DNA of 64,000 bases from Hormiphora californensis (lineage: Eukaryota > Animalia > Ctenophora), in contig CM035351.1 in assembly GCA_020137815.1 (NCBI GenBank), positions 4,650,001-4,714,000 of the forward strand, in the 5' to 3' direction. The notes under the pieces were generated by a model. It was not told where the DNA came from. It saw nothing but the letters and a program-made list of their open reading frames with translations, and did no database searches. Made by a program: the position numbers and the translations under genes. Within the stretch, counting starts at the first letter, position 1; every line of letters starts with the position of its first letter. This document shows, one piece after another, positions 36,554 to 49,226 of the stretch.

Positions 36554-38128
36554 ATGATACTTCTGCTACTGGGAGCGCTTCTGGTCGTCTTCCTAGTGGC
36601 CCCTACCCTCGCTCTCTTCCTCCTATTCATCTCTCTCACCTTCATCTGTCTTCACATGCGGATGAAGTGCCTGGGAGAGCGGATAAATAAACCAACCCTG
36701 GCATTCTTCCATCCTTATTGCAACGCAGGCGGGGGAGGTGAGCGGGTTCTATGGCAGAGTGTCCTGGCTCTAGTGGAACACTTCCCTCGAGCCACCCTGT
36801 ACGTGTATACTGGGGACACTGACACAACTCCCGACGGGATTATTTCCAACGCGGAGGAGTGTTTTGGGCTCCAGCTGCCCCGGGATAAGATAAAGTTTGT
36901 GTTCCTGAAAACTCGTTTCCTGACTGAGGCCCGGTGTTATCCAGTGTTCACCCTGTTGGGCCAAAGTGTGGGCAGTATGGTGATGGGATTTGAGGCTCTG
37001 TGGAGGTTCCAGCCTGCATACTTTGTGGATAGTATGGGGTATGCGTTCACCTATCTGCTGGCTGAATGGTGTGGGTGTGATGTAATATCGTATGTTCACT
37101 ATCCCACAATTAGTACTGACATGCTTGGTGAGTGAATGGGGAGACTGCTGTCTTTCTAACTGCAATCTACCGTCTGACGAGTTACGACTGTCAAAACATT
37201 TTATTCTCAACTCATTGATCTCCAATTGTTTCTAACCCCCACTTCCCTTCTTTCAGCAAAAGTAGCCAGTGGAGAGGCAACCTACAACAACAGAGGAATT
37301 GTTGCCCGTAATCCCATTCTCAGCCGGTTCAAGTTGATCTACTACCGGGCCTTTGCTGCCCTCTACTCCTGGATGGGTCGCCGTTCCAGGCTCGTCTTTG
37401 TGAATTCCTCCTGGACAATGGGTCACATCAAGGAACTGTGGTCCATTCCTGAGCGGACATTCCTCCTCTATCCACCCTGCAATACCACCTCATTCCTCAA
37501 GATAGATAACCCCAAACGGAGCAACAGAATTGTGTCGGTGTCCCAGTTCCGTCCTGAGAAAAACCAGCCGCTCCAGTTGGATGCATTCAAGTGTTTTATA
37601 AACCGGACCGGGAGGCGGGATGTGAAGTTGACCATGGTCGGGGGAGTTAGAAACGAAGGAGACAAACAGAGGGTAGAGGACCTGAAAACCAAATCTAAGC
37701 AGTTGGGTATTTCTGATATGGTGGAATTTAAACTTGGCATCCCCTTCACTGAGCTCCATTCCATTCTCGCGGACAGCCTTATTGGTCTTCACACCATGTG
37801 GAACGAACACTTTGGAATCGGGGTCGTGGAATTCATGGCAGGCGGGCTGGTAACCCTAGCACACAAAAGTGGAGGCCCCAAAAAGGACATTGTGATTGAG
37901 GGGACTGGGTTCCTGGCTGAGACTGCCGAGGAGTACAGCGAACAGATGGAAAGGATCTTTAGTATGGGAGAGAGTGAGGTGACGGAGATGAGGGAGAAAG
38001 GAAGGAAACACGTGCGGAGAGAGTTCTCAGATGAGGCCTTCAGGGACTCATTTGTAGCACACTGTAAGGAGCACATAGACTTGGATTTGAGGGAGATTGA
38101 GTACATTTCCGAAATGGAAGATGAATAA
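36554..38128 (+). CDS. ALG11: GDP-Man alpha-1,2-mannosyltransferase (2 exons, intron ~37128-37257)
   Basis: AFFHPYCNAGGGGERVLW; YVHYPTISTDML; QFRPEKN; MWNEHFGIGVVE. Confidence 0.96.
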
Positions 38129-38359
38129 GAAATATTTCGATTGTTTTATTGTCAGAGTGTTTTAAATTTTAGTTTTGTGCATGCATTTGAGATGACGTGT
38201 TTTACGAATTCTTTAGGAGTTAGAACCGGAAAAGGCATAATTTTATGAAAGGAATGGCTGTACACTGTACATCAGTTTTTCTCATAATGTCTCTCTCAAA
38301 TGTCTTTCTTTCTCTCGAACTGTCTCTCTCCCGAACTGTGTCTCTCTCGAACTGTCCGT

Positions 38360-40961
38360 CTAACCGGCTGTCTGAAGCTCCTCCTTATTTCCCTTGACCA
38401 CATTCATAATGCTGTGCTCGCTCTGCTGGGATATCTCTGTGAGACGAAGGTCGAAGGTCTCCAGGACCTTGTTTTCCTCGAGTCCCTCCTGGAGAACTCG
38501 TCCCCCGGCCACCCCCAATTTGTTACACGAGATGGTAATGTGTCTGAGGGACGTGTTCCTGCTGAGCACCTCAGCCAGGGCTGCTGCCATCTGCTCCCCT
38601 AGGCCATTACTGGACAAATCCACCGAGAGGAGAGTGGTGTTCTTCAGTAGAGCGTGGCAAATGTTCTTCCCTCCCTCGTCGGAGATGCGGTTTAGTTTCA
38701 GGTTTAGTACTTTTAGGGTGTTGTTTTTCTTGAGGGCAAAGGCGATGGCTGAAGCTCCCTCGGCCTTGATTTGGTTATCAGAGAGGTGTAGTTCTTCTAG
38801 GGACTTGTTGACCGAGAGAAGTTTACCCGCCGCTCGGCCTGTTCTGTCACCTACTTTGTTGTGTGACAAATCCAGGATTTTTAGGCCGGTGTGTTGGAGT
38901 AGGTTGCTGATAATTAATCGGGCCTTTTCGTCCTCAATCTGACACCTCTGTAGACGAAGAATCTGGAGATGGGCACACGATTTAATCGCCTTGGCCAGCA
39001 GGAAGCAGTCCTTTTGGGTGAACTCGAAAAGTGACCATTCGAAGTTCATGCCACAGTTTCGGACACCATACGTAACTGAGAGTTCTTCCAAGTTGTCAAG
39101 CTTATGAATTATGACACCAAAATCAAAGTGGTCAAGTGTATCATCCGTGCCTGTGTCTGATCCCTGGTCGGATACTTCTTCTTCAGGAGTAAGAGCCACC
39201 GTGACGTCCTTTATTTGGGGAAGAAGTTGTCTGATTCGTAGACGCTTGATAAAATCTTTAGATAGTTCGAGAGTTTCTGCTATCTGAAAAGGGGTAGGGG
39301 TAAAAAGAGTGCAAATGAGTAATAACAAAAGCGCTTGTCAGCGCTAAATTAGTGATAAAATTTCCCACGATAGCTGGGTTGCGCGCGCGACCTATCCATA
39401 GCAACAAACAGATCTCGCGCCAAGTCTTCAACAAGTCTTGCATCGCGTGTGCCACAAATCACTGTTGGGTCTGTGTACGACTGCTCTGGCAAAACAGCAA
39501 TTTTGTGTTTCAGCTCGGTAAATTACTCGGTAAAGCGCTCATAAGCTGCCTGGTCTCTGTTCTTACCTCAGTTATGTCTGTAGACTCCGGTACAAAATTC
39601 TCGATCAAATCTGAAATAGAAAAGTTTGATGAAGGAGTCGATGTTTTCGTTTACACATGTTCTGCTAATGTTGAGCTCATGTTCGTTGTTTTGCCGTGCA
39701 TTAGATTTTCAGTTTTCAACATGGCTAATTGCAGTGAATCCTAAAACCTTATCATATTCCTAGGCATCATAATGACATTTCTTGATTTGGAAAAGAACAG
39801 GATAAAACAGGCGTTGGCAAAGTTTACCATTTCCCCGCTTCTACTATCGATTCTGCTATCGCTTGTACTTTCTGGTCTTCTGGTAAATGATATTCAGTGC
39901 TACAAAAGCGCCAAGTGCCTTCCATCAAAAACTACGTACCAAGTTCAGTTTATTGTTCTTTTGAGCCATCTAACGTCTATCGGACTGGTTCTATTCGCCC
40001 TAATTCACGCCACGGAACTAAACTTAAAGGTCCAGATAACACTAGCAAAGATAGCTGGAGTGTACAACCTGATTTTGTTTGTTCTTAGAACATCTATTGA
40101 GTTGGTCTACATAAACTATCACCCAGAGGACTATGTAAAAGATTAAATTGATGTTTCTGTTTTTTACTTACTTTCCATATTTCTTTCAAAAAACATTCGT
40201 TTCCAACTGTCTCCATACTGATCCGTATCACAAACATTCCACCGAGATTTGCAGCACCTCTTCCAGTACCCCTCGTCAGAAACGAGCGGTGCGGTAATTC
40301 TGAAAGGGATTGGATTTGGTAATGAATAGAGGTACTACATACATGATAAACACGTAGAGAGAGTACGTTACAGGGAACCTTGGCGGACAATGAATTCAGA
40401 ACAATATATATCTTTGTTATAGTCCACTTCGCGGGAAGAATCTTCCCGCACCACAGCTCCTCCACCATTACTTTGTTATGTTCTAACCATCATTTACATT
40501 TGTAAAACAGGATCGAGCAAGACAACCATTACGTACTTTTGGTAACGCAATTACCCCTACATTGCGGGCACGCTAAAACGTGCCTTACTATTGCAATGCC
40601 CCATGCCTCTACAGAGGGGTAATTTCGTTACCAATACGTACTTTAGAGGGAGATCAGTAGCCAGGCTCTCCAGGACCTTTTCTTTGTGTTTTGGTTTCAG
40701 TTCATCAAGAAGGGGATTGTCAGCAAAGTTTCCAACAATGTGCTTTACACAAATGTCAATGAGACGGGGAACTGTTGCCAAACTCCACTCTGGATCCTCA
40801 GCAATTATTCGCCTCATTTTCCGCGGGTCGGCTGCTGGGTTGGCGAACTAAGGGGGAGGGGTGTTAGTATTGAATTGGAAGGTCTGTTTAAATGTGGACA
40901 CGTCACACTGATTATAACTTACCAGACTTTGCTCATTCTCGTCAAGAAGGGGTGGCTCCAT
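38360..40961 (-). CDS. TCTE1: Dynein regulatory complex subunit 5 (LRR); exons ~40961-40923, 40848-40642, 40299-40172, 39611-39567, 39283-38360
   Basis: MRRIIAEDPEWSLATVP; EGYWKRCC...SWKRMFFER; YGVRNCGMNFEWSLF; LRRs; DLRLTEI. Confidence 0.92.
39772..40146 (+). CDS. Unknown 124-aa three-TM protein nested antisense in a DRC5 intron
   Basis: ATG-to-stop ORF with three hydrophobic stretches, inside intron 39612-40171; acceptor cctag just upstream of the ATG. Confidence 0.6.
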   Translation: MTFLDLEKNRIKQALAKFTISPLLLSILLSLVLSGLLVNDIQCYKSAKCLPSKTTYQVQFIVLLSHLTSIGLVLFALIHATELNLKVQITLAKIAGVYNLILFVLRTSIELVYINYHPEDYVKD

Positions 40962-41185
40962 CCTATAAGAGTTTAAAATAGTGTAATTTGTACTGGTGAT
41001 ATCACATGCTTGTCAAAGAAGGGACAGAATTAGAAGGGGGATTTAGTATTCTCTAAACTATGAATGGATGGTTGGGCTTCATGTTTGTTCTGGGTGATTT
41101 GGTCAACAATTTTTGGTGATGCATTTGAATTTGTGTTCATATGAAGACAAGACACCTAAAACTTTTCGTTGATCGTATTTTTAAA

Positions 41186-43032
41186 AACAAGAATTATTTG
41201 CATTATTTAACCATAATGCTGAGTTTCCCTGCCCTAGTCAGCTCATCATTCCTGATCACTTAACTGATATGTTTGGCAAACGTTGCTGGCCCCCGATAGC
41301 GTGGGATAAGGCAGCGCTTTTCAAGTGATTTTTAAAAAAACAACAAAAAAAACGCAGAACAAATTTTCCAAATTTCAAGACGCGCGGCCGATATAAAATA
41401 AATTTTGCTGCACGTTACAGTTTATAGCCGCGCACGCCTCATAAATTTTCAATAGTTTGTGGCAGGAAACGACCGAACCGGGTTTTTTTCCACCGAACCG
41501 AACCGAACCGAATTTGAAAAACTTTTTTACCGAACCGAACCGAACCGAACCGAACCGAATTTCGGTAAACGAACCGAACCGAACCATACAAAACTTTTTC
41601 TGTATAAATGTTTCTCTAAAAAGTCATGGAGAGCACCGATCAAGGTATTGAGAATCATTCTCTGAAATTTTGTTAAAAAATGTTTGAAAAAATTTCAAAG
41701 TCAATTTTGTGAAAAAAATTTTCAAAGTCAATTTTATCGTAAATTTTCTATGTCAATTTTTGCGTACGAATCGTGTTTCGAATCGGCAATACTATACGGG
41801 AATGGTATTGCTAATTAGCAGGATTTAACGAATTACGAACCATGAATCGTGTCTCTCTAAATTTCCTAATTAGATTTGATGGGGGATCACGTATCAGCAC
41901 AATCCATCTCAGACCCACTAATTACCAACATCACTCCCGTTTAGCATTGTCGATTAGAAACACGATTCGTATACCATAATTTACTTAAAATATTTTTCAC
42001 AAAAAAATTTCACAAAATTTCAGGTAATGATTCTCAATACCTTGATCGATGCTCTCCATGAATTTTTAGAGAAACATTTAATTTTGTGAAAAAACTTTGT
42101 AAAATATTTCAAAGTCAATTTCGGGGAAAAAAAATTCTATGTCAATTTTGCCGTACGAATCGTGTTGCGAATCGGTGATGCTATGCGGCAGTGCTCTCGC
42201 TAATTAGCAGGATTTATTGAAACATTAATCGTTTCCCCTAAACTTCCTAATTAGATTTGATGGGGGATCACGTATCAGCATAATCCATCTCGGACCCACT
42301 AATTAAGCAACATCACTCCCGCTTAGCAATACCGATTCGAAACACGATTCGTACGCAAAAATTGACATAGAAAATTTTCCATAAAATTGACTTTGAAATA
42401 TTTTCCAAACTTTTTTAAAAAATTTCAGAGAATGATTCTTAACACCTTGATCGGTGCTCTCCATGAATTTTTTGAAAAAAAAGTTTCTGAATTTGTTGAC
42501 CCTCTCATGAGGACACGATTCGACGGGAAGTCAGGTATCAAATCAATCCATATCGAACCCGCTAACTAGCGAAATCATTTCCACATAGCACCACCGATTC
42601 GAAATAGGGTTAATACGGCGAAATTGACATTGAAATCCATACAATTTTCGTGAAATAATTGGAAAATTTTGCATGAAAAAGCCCGATTTCTGGGCATTTT
42701 TTGACCAAAAAATTCGGTGGTTCGGCCAAAATCTCCTACCGAACCGAACCGAACCGAACCGCCCAAAAAACACCGAATTTCCGAACCGAACCGAACCGAA
42801 CCGAATATTCGGTCGCTTCCTGGTTTGTGGGCGCGCATGTTACTCCGCAAACTTCAAATCGCGCGCGCCGCACGGTTGCCCCTCGCAACGAAAGTGTGAC
42901 CAAAAAATGTCCCTCTACCGATTAGTTAGTATACCAAAATGTCGTTTTCGAATTCTAACCCTGCTATGCCTTTTTACAAAGTAAAAAGGCATCCGGGTGG
43001 ATGCCTTCGGCATCCACCCGGGCAGGGAAAAA
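41186..43032. mobile_element. Helentron-associated (HINE/DINE-like) element copy 1, interrupted by a hAT MITE
   Basis: AACAAG start; small palindrome gcattat-ttaacc-ataatgc; subterminal IRs tttccctgccc / gggcagggaaa; hairpin ccgggtggatgccttcggcatccacccgg; A-run ends. Confidence 0.6.
41463..42822. mobile_element. hAT-type MITE family D, copy 1, with (CCGAA)n subterminal arrays
   Basis: CAGGAAACGACCGAA...TTCGGTCGCTTCCTG; exact 8-bp TSD GTTTGTGG (41455-41462 / 42823-42830). Confidence 0.92.
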
Positions 43033-44036
43033 ATTGGAAATTTCCACTAAGTTCCACATGCAATGGTAAAGCTAAGATTGTATACACATTTGAAGACTTT
43101 TTGGAACGCTCGTTTTTATCTATTAATATGCACTGAACGTGTTATAAATATAATAGGGTTTCAGCATGTTTAGTACAGGTTCACAACTCTAGAATTTGAT
43201 CATATAGATTCAACTTCTAAAACTGTTGAAAATGAGAGGCTATGAAGAGTTTTCCTACAGGTATTTTTAACAAACAAAACTGGGGGTCATGACGTGGCTA
43301 TATGCTGGACCCATGTCACGTTGAATTGTGACGACTGGCAAAATGTTACATATGGCAGGAAAGGGGGAGGGGAGGGAGGAGTGAAAGGGCGGAAGCCAGG
43401 ACCGCAGAGCTCCAGAACAGAGCGAGCCCCCCAGCAGTGCAAGGACAAGGGAGCGCAGCCGAGAAGGGCCCGGGTGAAGGCCAGACCCCTCGGCGCCAAG
43501 CCCAGACTCGACCAGGCGGCGAGCAGAGATTCGCCTCGAGCAAGCGCCGCTGCATAGCGCTCGTGAGAGTCGTGGCTCTTCTCTCGTCTCTTCTCTCTCT
43601 CTCTCTCTCTCGAATCTCTTCTTCTCGATGTATAGCTTCAGATCTTCAGGCTCTTCTCATCCCTGTCTCTTCATCTCGTTCTCTCTCCTCTCCTCTCTCT
43701 CGCTCTCTCTCTCTCTCTATTCGTCTCTCGTCCTCTTCTCTCTCTCTCTCATCACACAACCTCTCTATGCGGTATAATATTATAGGAATGCTTGCTTATG
43801 TCTCAGTTTCATCCCCGAACTTTGTCATGGCATTCGTGAACCTTCCTCCATTTGCATTACTGTTTTGTACTGCAATTATTGCAGCCGTTAGTGGTACGTT
43901 ATCTTGTGACAAACTTTCATCATAAAATATTTATTATACGGTATTATTTCTACTTGATCTTGTCATTTATCATGATACACCACGTATGATATATCACTGA
44001 TGCAGGTACATTAGATACCCAATATCTTTATAAGTC

Positions 44037-45396
44037 CAGGAAGCGACCGAATATTCGGTTCGGTTCGGTTCGGTTCGGAAATTCGGTGTTTTTTGGGCGG
44101 TTCGGTTCGGTTCGGTTCGGTAGGAGATTTTGGCCGAACCACCGAATTTTTTGGTCAAAAAATGCCCAGAAATCGGGCTTTTTCATGCAAAATTTTCCAA
44201 TTATTTCACGAAAATTGTATGGATTTCAATGTCAATTTCGCCGTATTAACCCTATTTCGAATCGGTGGTGCTATGTGGAAATGATTTCGCTAGTTAGCGG
44301 GTTCGATATGGATTGATTTGATACCTGACTTCCCGTCGAATCGTGTCCTCATGAGAGGGTCAACAAATTCAGAAACTTTTTTTTCAAAAAATTCATGGAG
44401 AGCACCGATCAAGGTGTTAAGAATCATTCTCTGAAATTTTTTAAAAAAGTTTGGAAAATATTTCAAAGTCAATTTTATGGAAAATTTTCTATGTCAATTT
44501 TTGCGTACGAATCGTGTTTCGAATCGGTATTGCTAAGCGGGAGTGATGTTGCTTAATTAGTGGGTCCGAGATGGATTATGCTGATACGTGATCCCCCATC
44601 AAATCTAATTAGGAAGTTTAGGGGAAACGATTAATGTTTCAATAAATCCTGCTAATTAGCGAGAGCACTGCCGCATAGCATCACCGATTCGCAACACGAT
44701 TCGTACGGCAAAATTGACATAGAATTTTTTTTCCCCGAAATTGACTTTGAAATATTTTACAAAGTTTTTTCACAAAATTAAATGTTTCTCTAAAAATTCA
44801 TGGAGAGCATCGATCAAGGTATTGAGAATCATTACCTGAAATTTTGTGAAATTTTTTTGTGAAAAATATTTTAAGTAAATTATGGTATACGAATCGTGTT
44901 TCTAATCGACAATGCTAAACGGGAGTGATGTTGGTAATTAGTGGGTCTGAGATGGATTGTGCTGATACGTGATCCCCCATCAAATCTAATTAGGAAATTT
45001 AGAGAGACACGATTCATGGTTCGTAATTCGTTAAATCCTGCTAATTAGCAATACCATTCCCGTATAGTATTGCCGATTCGAAACACGATTCGTACGCAAA
45101 AATTGACATAGAAAATTTACGATAAAATTGACTTTGAAAATTTTTTTCACAAAATTGACTTTGAAATTTTTTCAAACATTTTTTAACAAAATTTCAGAGA
45201 ATGATTCTCAATACCTTGATCGGTGCTCTCCATGACTTTTTAGAGAAACATTTATACAGAAAAAGTTTTGTATGGTTCGGTTCGGTTCGTTTACCGAAAT
45301 TCGGTTCGGTTCGGTTCGGTTCGGTTCGGTAAAAAAGTTTTTCAAATTCGGTTCGGTTCGGTTCGGTGGAAAAAAACCCGGTTCGGTCGTTTCCTG
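44037..45396. mobile_element. hAT-type MITE family D, copy 2, inverted
   Basis: Reverse complement of 41463-42822; flanks tttataa(gt)c / tttataac form an imperfect TSD. Confidence 0.9.
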
Positions 45397-45689
45397 TTTA
45401 TAACCATGTAACATGAATTCTCTGTCTAAGGTGCAAACGTCATCTGTACGGATTACGGGAAGGATATTGGAGGTGGAGGAGCAGATATATCGAAATATTA
45501 TCAACGTCCCATCCCCCAGGATTGTAGATCTGATGGCTGGCGGCCTAACTTCCGTATTTCAGAGTCAGCACCTTGCAAACCCGGGTGGAAGAGGTTTGAG
45601 GGGAAGTGCTATTCCCCATTTCGAGTAAGACCTGAATCACATAAAACCATCAACACAAGTTTATAAAATGATGCAGTTGTGTTCCTTAT

Positions 45690-46165
45690 AGGTTGACAAG
45701 ATACCTAAAACTTTTCGTATATATATACGATATAAGACGATATATCGTCTTATTTTCATTTATCATTAATTTTCAGCATTTTTTCAGAATTTTCTGTCGG
45801 CTAGAAGTATGTGCAAAATCGGGGGTCTACTGATAAACGAGAGGCGCAATTTAAAAATTGATACCGTAATATCTCCGGTTCCTGATGAGATACAGAAACC
45901 GTTTTGGTAGCGTTGGAAAGCTAAAGATCTTATTGAGACCAATCCAACGCAACCAAGATCAAGTAGCTATCTTTTGAGGGACCGGAAATGTGAATTTCAA
46001 TTTGCGAGACGCAGTGAGTGTTCCCAGTAAACCCAGTGCTGACAATATCGGTAGACCCCCTATTTCGAATTTTTTTCTAGGCGACAAAAAATTCTGAAAA
46101 AATGCTGAAAATTAATGATAAATCAAAACAAGGCGATATACGAAAAGTTTTAGGTACCTTGTCAA
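45690..46165. mobile_element. TTAA-type MITE family B, copy 2 (inverted, ends eroded)
   Basis: aggttgacaagatacctaaaac...gttttaggtaccttgtcaa; interior matches the reverse complement of 18616-19071. Confidence 0.85.
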
Positions 46166-46868
46166 GGGGCGGGGGACTGCATATTGGACTGCATATTGGA
46201 GTATGTACATACTACACATCCCATGAAATGTTCAATACAGTCATTCTACCATAATCCATTTGACAGCGTGGCAAGCCTAGACAGTCGGAGGAGCAGTGCA
46301 ATAGAGAATTTGGACATCTGTTTGTTCCATCAAGTATTAGGGAGATTAAATGGGTCAAAGAAAACACTAAAGTCAACGAATATCACTGGTAAGGTTCACT
46401 CACAAATATTAGCACGGGGTGCAATCTATTCCGGCTCTCCGTAATCCGCTGCCTTAGAGTTTTAATCAACCATCGAACAATTGTTTTCAGGATACATTTG
46501 GGATTTTTCTGTGTTGCGAGGGGTTATTTTAATGAAGAAAAAAACGGTAGGTATTAACCATATTTACAATAACTCCTAATTACGGTAATGCCACTACAAG
46601 CGGCAGCGTTACATAATGGAATTACAGTAATAAGACGCAGACTTCGCATAACGTGCGGCAAAAAGTGCATATTATATGCTAGTTATACGTGCTGACACGT
46701 ATAACTAGCGCACTGATTGGCCACGGTTGCGCATCTTCTTACCGTATCTCCGTTTTCCATTACCTTTTCCCACTACAGACCGGGTAACTATAACACACCA
46801 TAGCATAGGAAGTTGATGAAATTTGGTACTTTATTTGAGAGAGAGACAAATCTAGCTACCCACTGCAG

Positions 46869-47098
46869 GTAAACGGGTTCATATAAAGCACGCCTATGCT
46901 GTGACTGGAGAAGATACGCGGGAGTTTGAACCGAGGCTTAGGGAAATCCACTTCAACCAAGGTGGTGGTATTAGTAGAGGCAACCACAAGGACAAGTGCA
47001 CCCAATGGACTGCGAAAGGCGGTGAACTGGGAAGTAGGTGGTGGTACGGCAATTGTCACGAGGACCAGCCATACCTTTGTGAGGCGTTTGATGGTTAA
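46869..47098 (+). CDS. Possible terminal exon with a C-type-lectin-like C-terminus
   Basis: DKCTQW...WWYGNCHEDQPYLCE resembles the end of a CTLD; aataaa at ~47219; upstream exons not resolved. Confidence 0.35.
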
Positions 47099-47927
47099 AC
47101 AAAATGGATATAAACCGAAGCGGGTCGCCAGTCGGGCAGTATATGATGTAGCAATTCACCATATGATATACATACGTACATAAACACGGGTGATGTTTTC
47201 CATTTAAATTTCCTGTTGAAATAAAAGCATGCTGTTTTAATGAGTTGTGAAGTAATTGCAGCGAGAGTAGGGCAAGGAGTCGATACTAGGTTAGAGAGGA
47301 GCAGTATTATAAACCAGACAAGTAAGACTGGAGAGAGATACTCTAGAGTTTATTTTCTTCAACCTTCTTTGCGTCCAGCAGACTGGGGTTCCTGGTAAGT
47401 CATGTGTACTGGAAAAAGGGTATTTTAAAGGATAAGAAATGAGAGGTCAAGGCGGCCAAGCGAAGTAAAGGATGTGCCGTTGTACCAGACGCCGGACCAC
47501 ACTTTGTTTGCCTAAGTTGGGTAGTCACTTTGTTGGTCACGGCTGGATGCCAGAATCCAGGTGTGACCAGGATGACCAGTGCCGGGCCGAGAAGGCACTG
47601 GGAGCAAACAAGGGGCATTGGGAGTTTCGTAGTTTCACAACGGGCCCCAACATAGCCTTCGGTGACACTAAGGACGCGGAGAGGTCGCGAGAAAAAAAAG
47701 AAAAAAAGAACTGATTCGCTTAACCTGATATTGTGTCCGTCGTGTATGAACAATTCAAGAGAAGAACCTGTATGTCTGAAACAAGTTGTAACGAGCGAGT
47801 GTTATCTTTCAGATGTCTTAGTTAAGGCTGAAAACCCCGATCAACTATTAGTCTATGGTTTATAAAGACCAGTTTTCTCTATGCAAGAAAAGTTTAGTAG
47901 CACTATATTTTACACCGAATTTCATGA

Positions 47928-48487
47928 AACAAGAATTATTGCATTATGTATTCATAATGCTGTGCTTCCCTGCCCTACCGTTTCACATGTCAGTGACATT
48001 GTCACTGCCAACAGGATCAAGGCTTGGTCATAATGTAATGTAAGATGCATACGATATAGCTGTCAGTATACTTCTCACATAGCTTAGAGTTAGCTAACTC
48101 CCAATCACATGACACTTGCTAACCAGCTTTTGACATTCCAACTTAACTACTTATCTAACATCTCACACTCGACTCGCAAGATGAAAATGTGTATGTAACA
48201 CGCGGCAGAGCATTTCATGTTTTGTTGAGTGGCGCGCGCACGCCGCACACACGTCCATCAAACTGTGTCAATGAGGTGTTTGATGAAGGAGTAGCTCGTC
48301 ACTGTGCGCGCGGCTCCAGTTGCTACACCGTTGCCCTCGCAACGAAAGTGTGACCAAAAAATGTCCCTCTACCGATTAGTTAGTATACCAAAATGTCGTT
48401 TTCGAATTCTAACCCTGCTATGCCTTTTTACAAAGTAAAAAGGCATCCGGGTGAATGCCTTCGGCATTCACCCGGGCAGGGAAAAAA
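47928..48487. mobile_element. HINE-like element copy 2
   Basis: Same AACAAGAATTATT start and ~160-bp end as 41186-43032. Confidence 0.6.
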
Positions 48488-49150
48488 TACGATTAACGAA
48501 AAGTAATAGGTAACTTGTCAACCTTTAAGAGAGCTTAGCAGCGGGTCCAATTTTTCCCTGTGACAGAATACAGATCATATGTTGAAAAACCATTCTTATA
48601 TAGCCATGATAACCATGATAACAGTGTAGAGAGATCTCTACACAAGAAGCTTTTATCACACTGTTCCTGATATAGGACAAGGTTAACAAACATTTTAGGC
48701 CAAAACTTGCGGCAAGTTACTTGCCCCCAAATTCAAAACTGTAGACGAACAAGAATAATTGCGATATGGTGCCACATCACCTGAGTTCCCCGCCTCATAG
48801 TAATGGCATGTGATCTGGCATGAACCAGTTGCCATGCCTCGGCCAGCTTCTAATTGGGTACTGATATGTGAAAGATGCAGCTGATGGTTAGATTCCTTTG
48901 CCTTGTTCGACCAAAATAAAGATTCCATTTGTAGTGCTATGTGATATCCAAGTAGCACTTACAGGCACATTTCAGATCACAACTCTTTTACAAATGCAGT
49001 ACCCTGTTATACCATTATCCACTACCAGTGACCAATGACGTTTTGGCTTTTTTGAGAACACAGTGGAGACTGGAGGAAGAAGTTTCAAGGGACACAGGAG
49101 GAGCAAAACTATGTCCTTTCTACTATCATGTTCATTAACACCATTTGGGA

Positions 49151-49226
49151 TCAATCGTCATATTGAAAATCAATCGTCATATTGAAAATCAATCGTCATA
49201 TTGAAAATCAATCGTCATATTGAAAA
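49151..49226. repeat. Four perfect 19-bp tandem units tcaatcgtcatattgaaaa
   Basis: Read directly; no spacers between units. Confidence 0.9.

Noticed and set aside
47400-49150. Cys-containing short ORFs
   Set aside because: No consistent frame or domain; at most decayed fragments.
49151-49226. CRISPR-like repeat array
   Set aside because: Units are head-to-tail with no spacers, there are no cas genes, and the context is eukaryotic.
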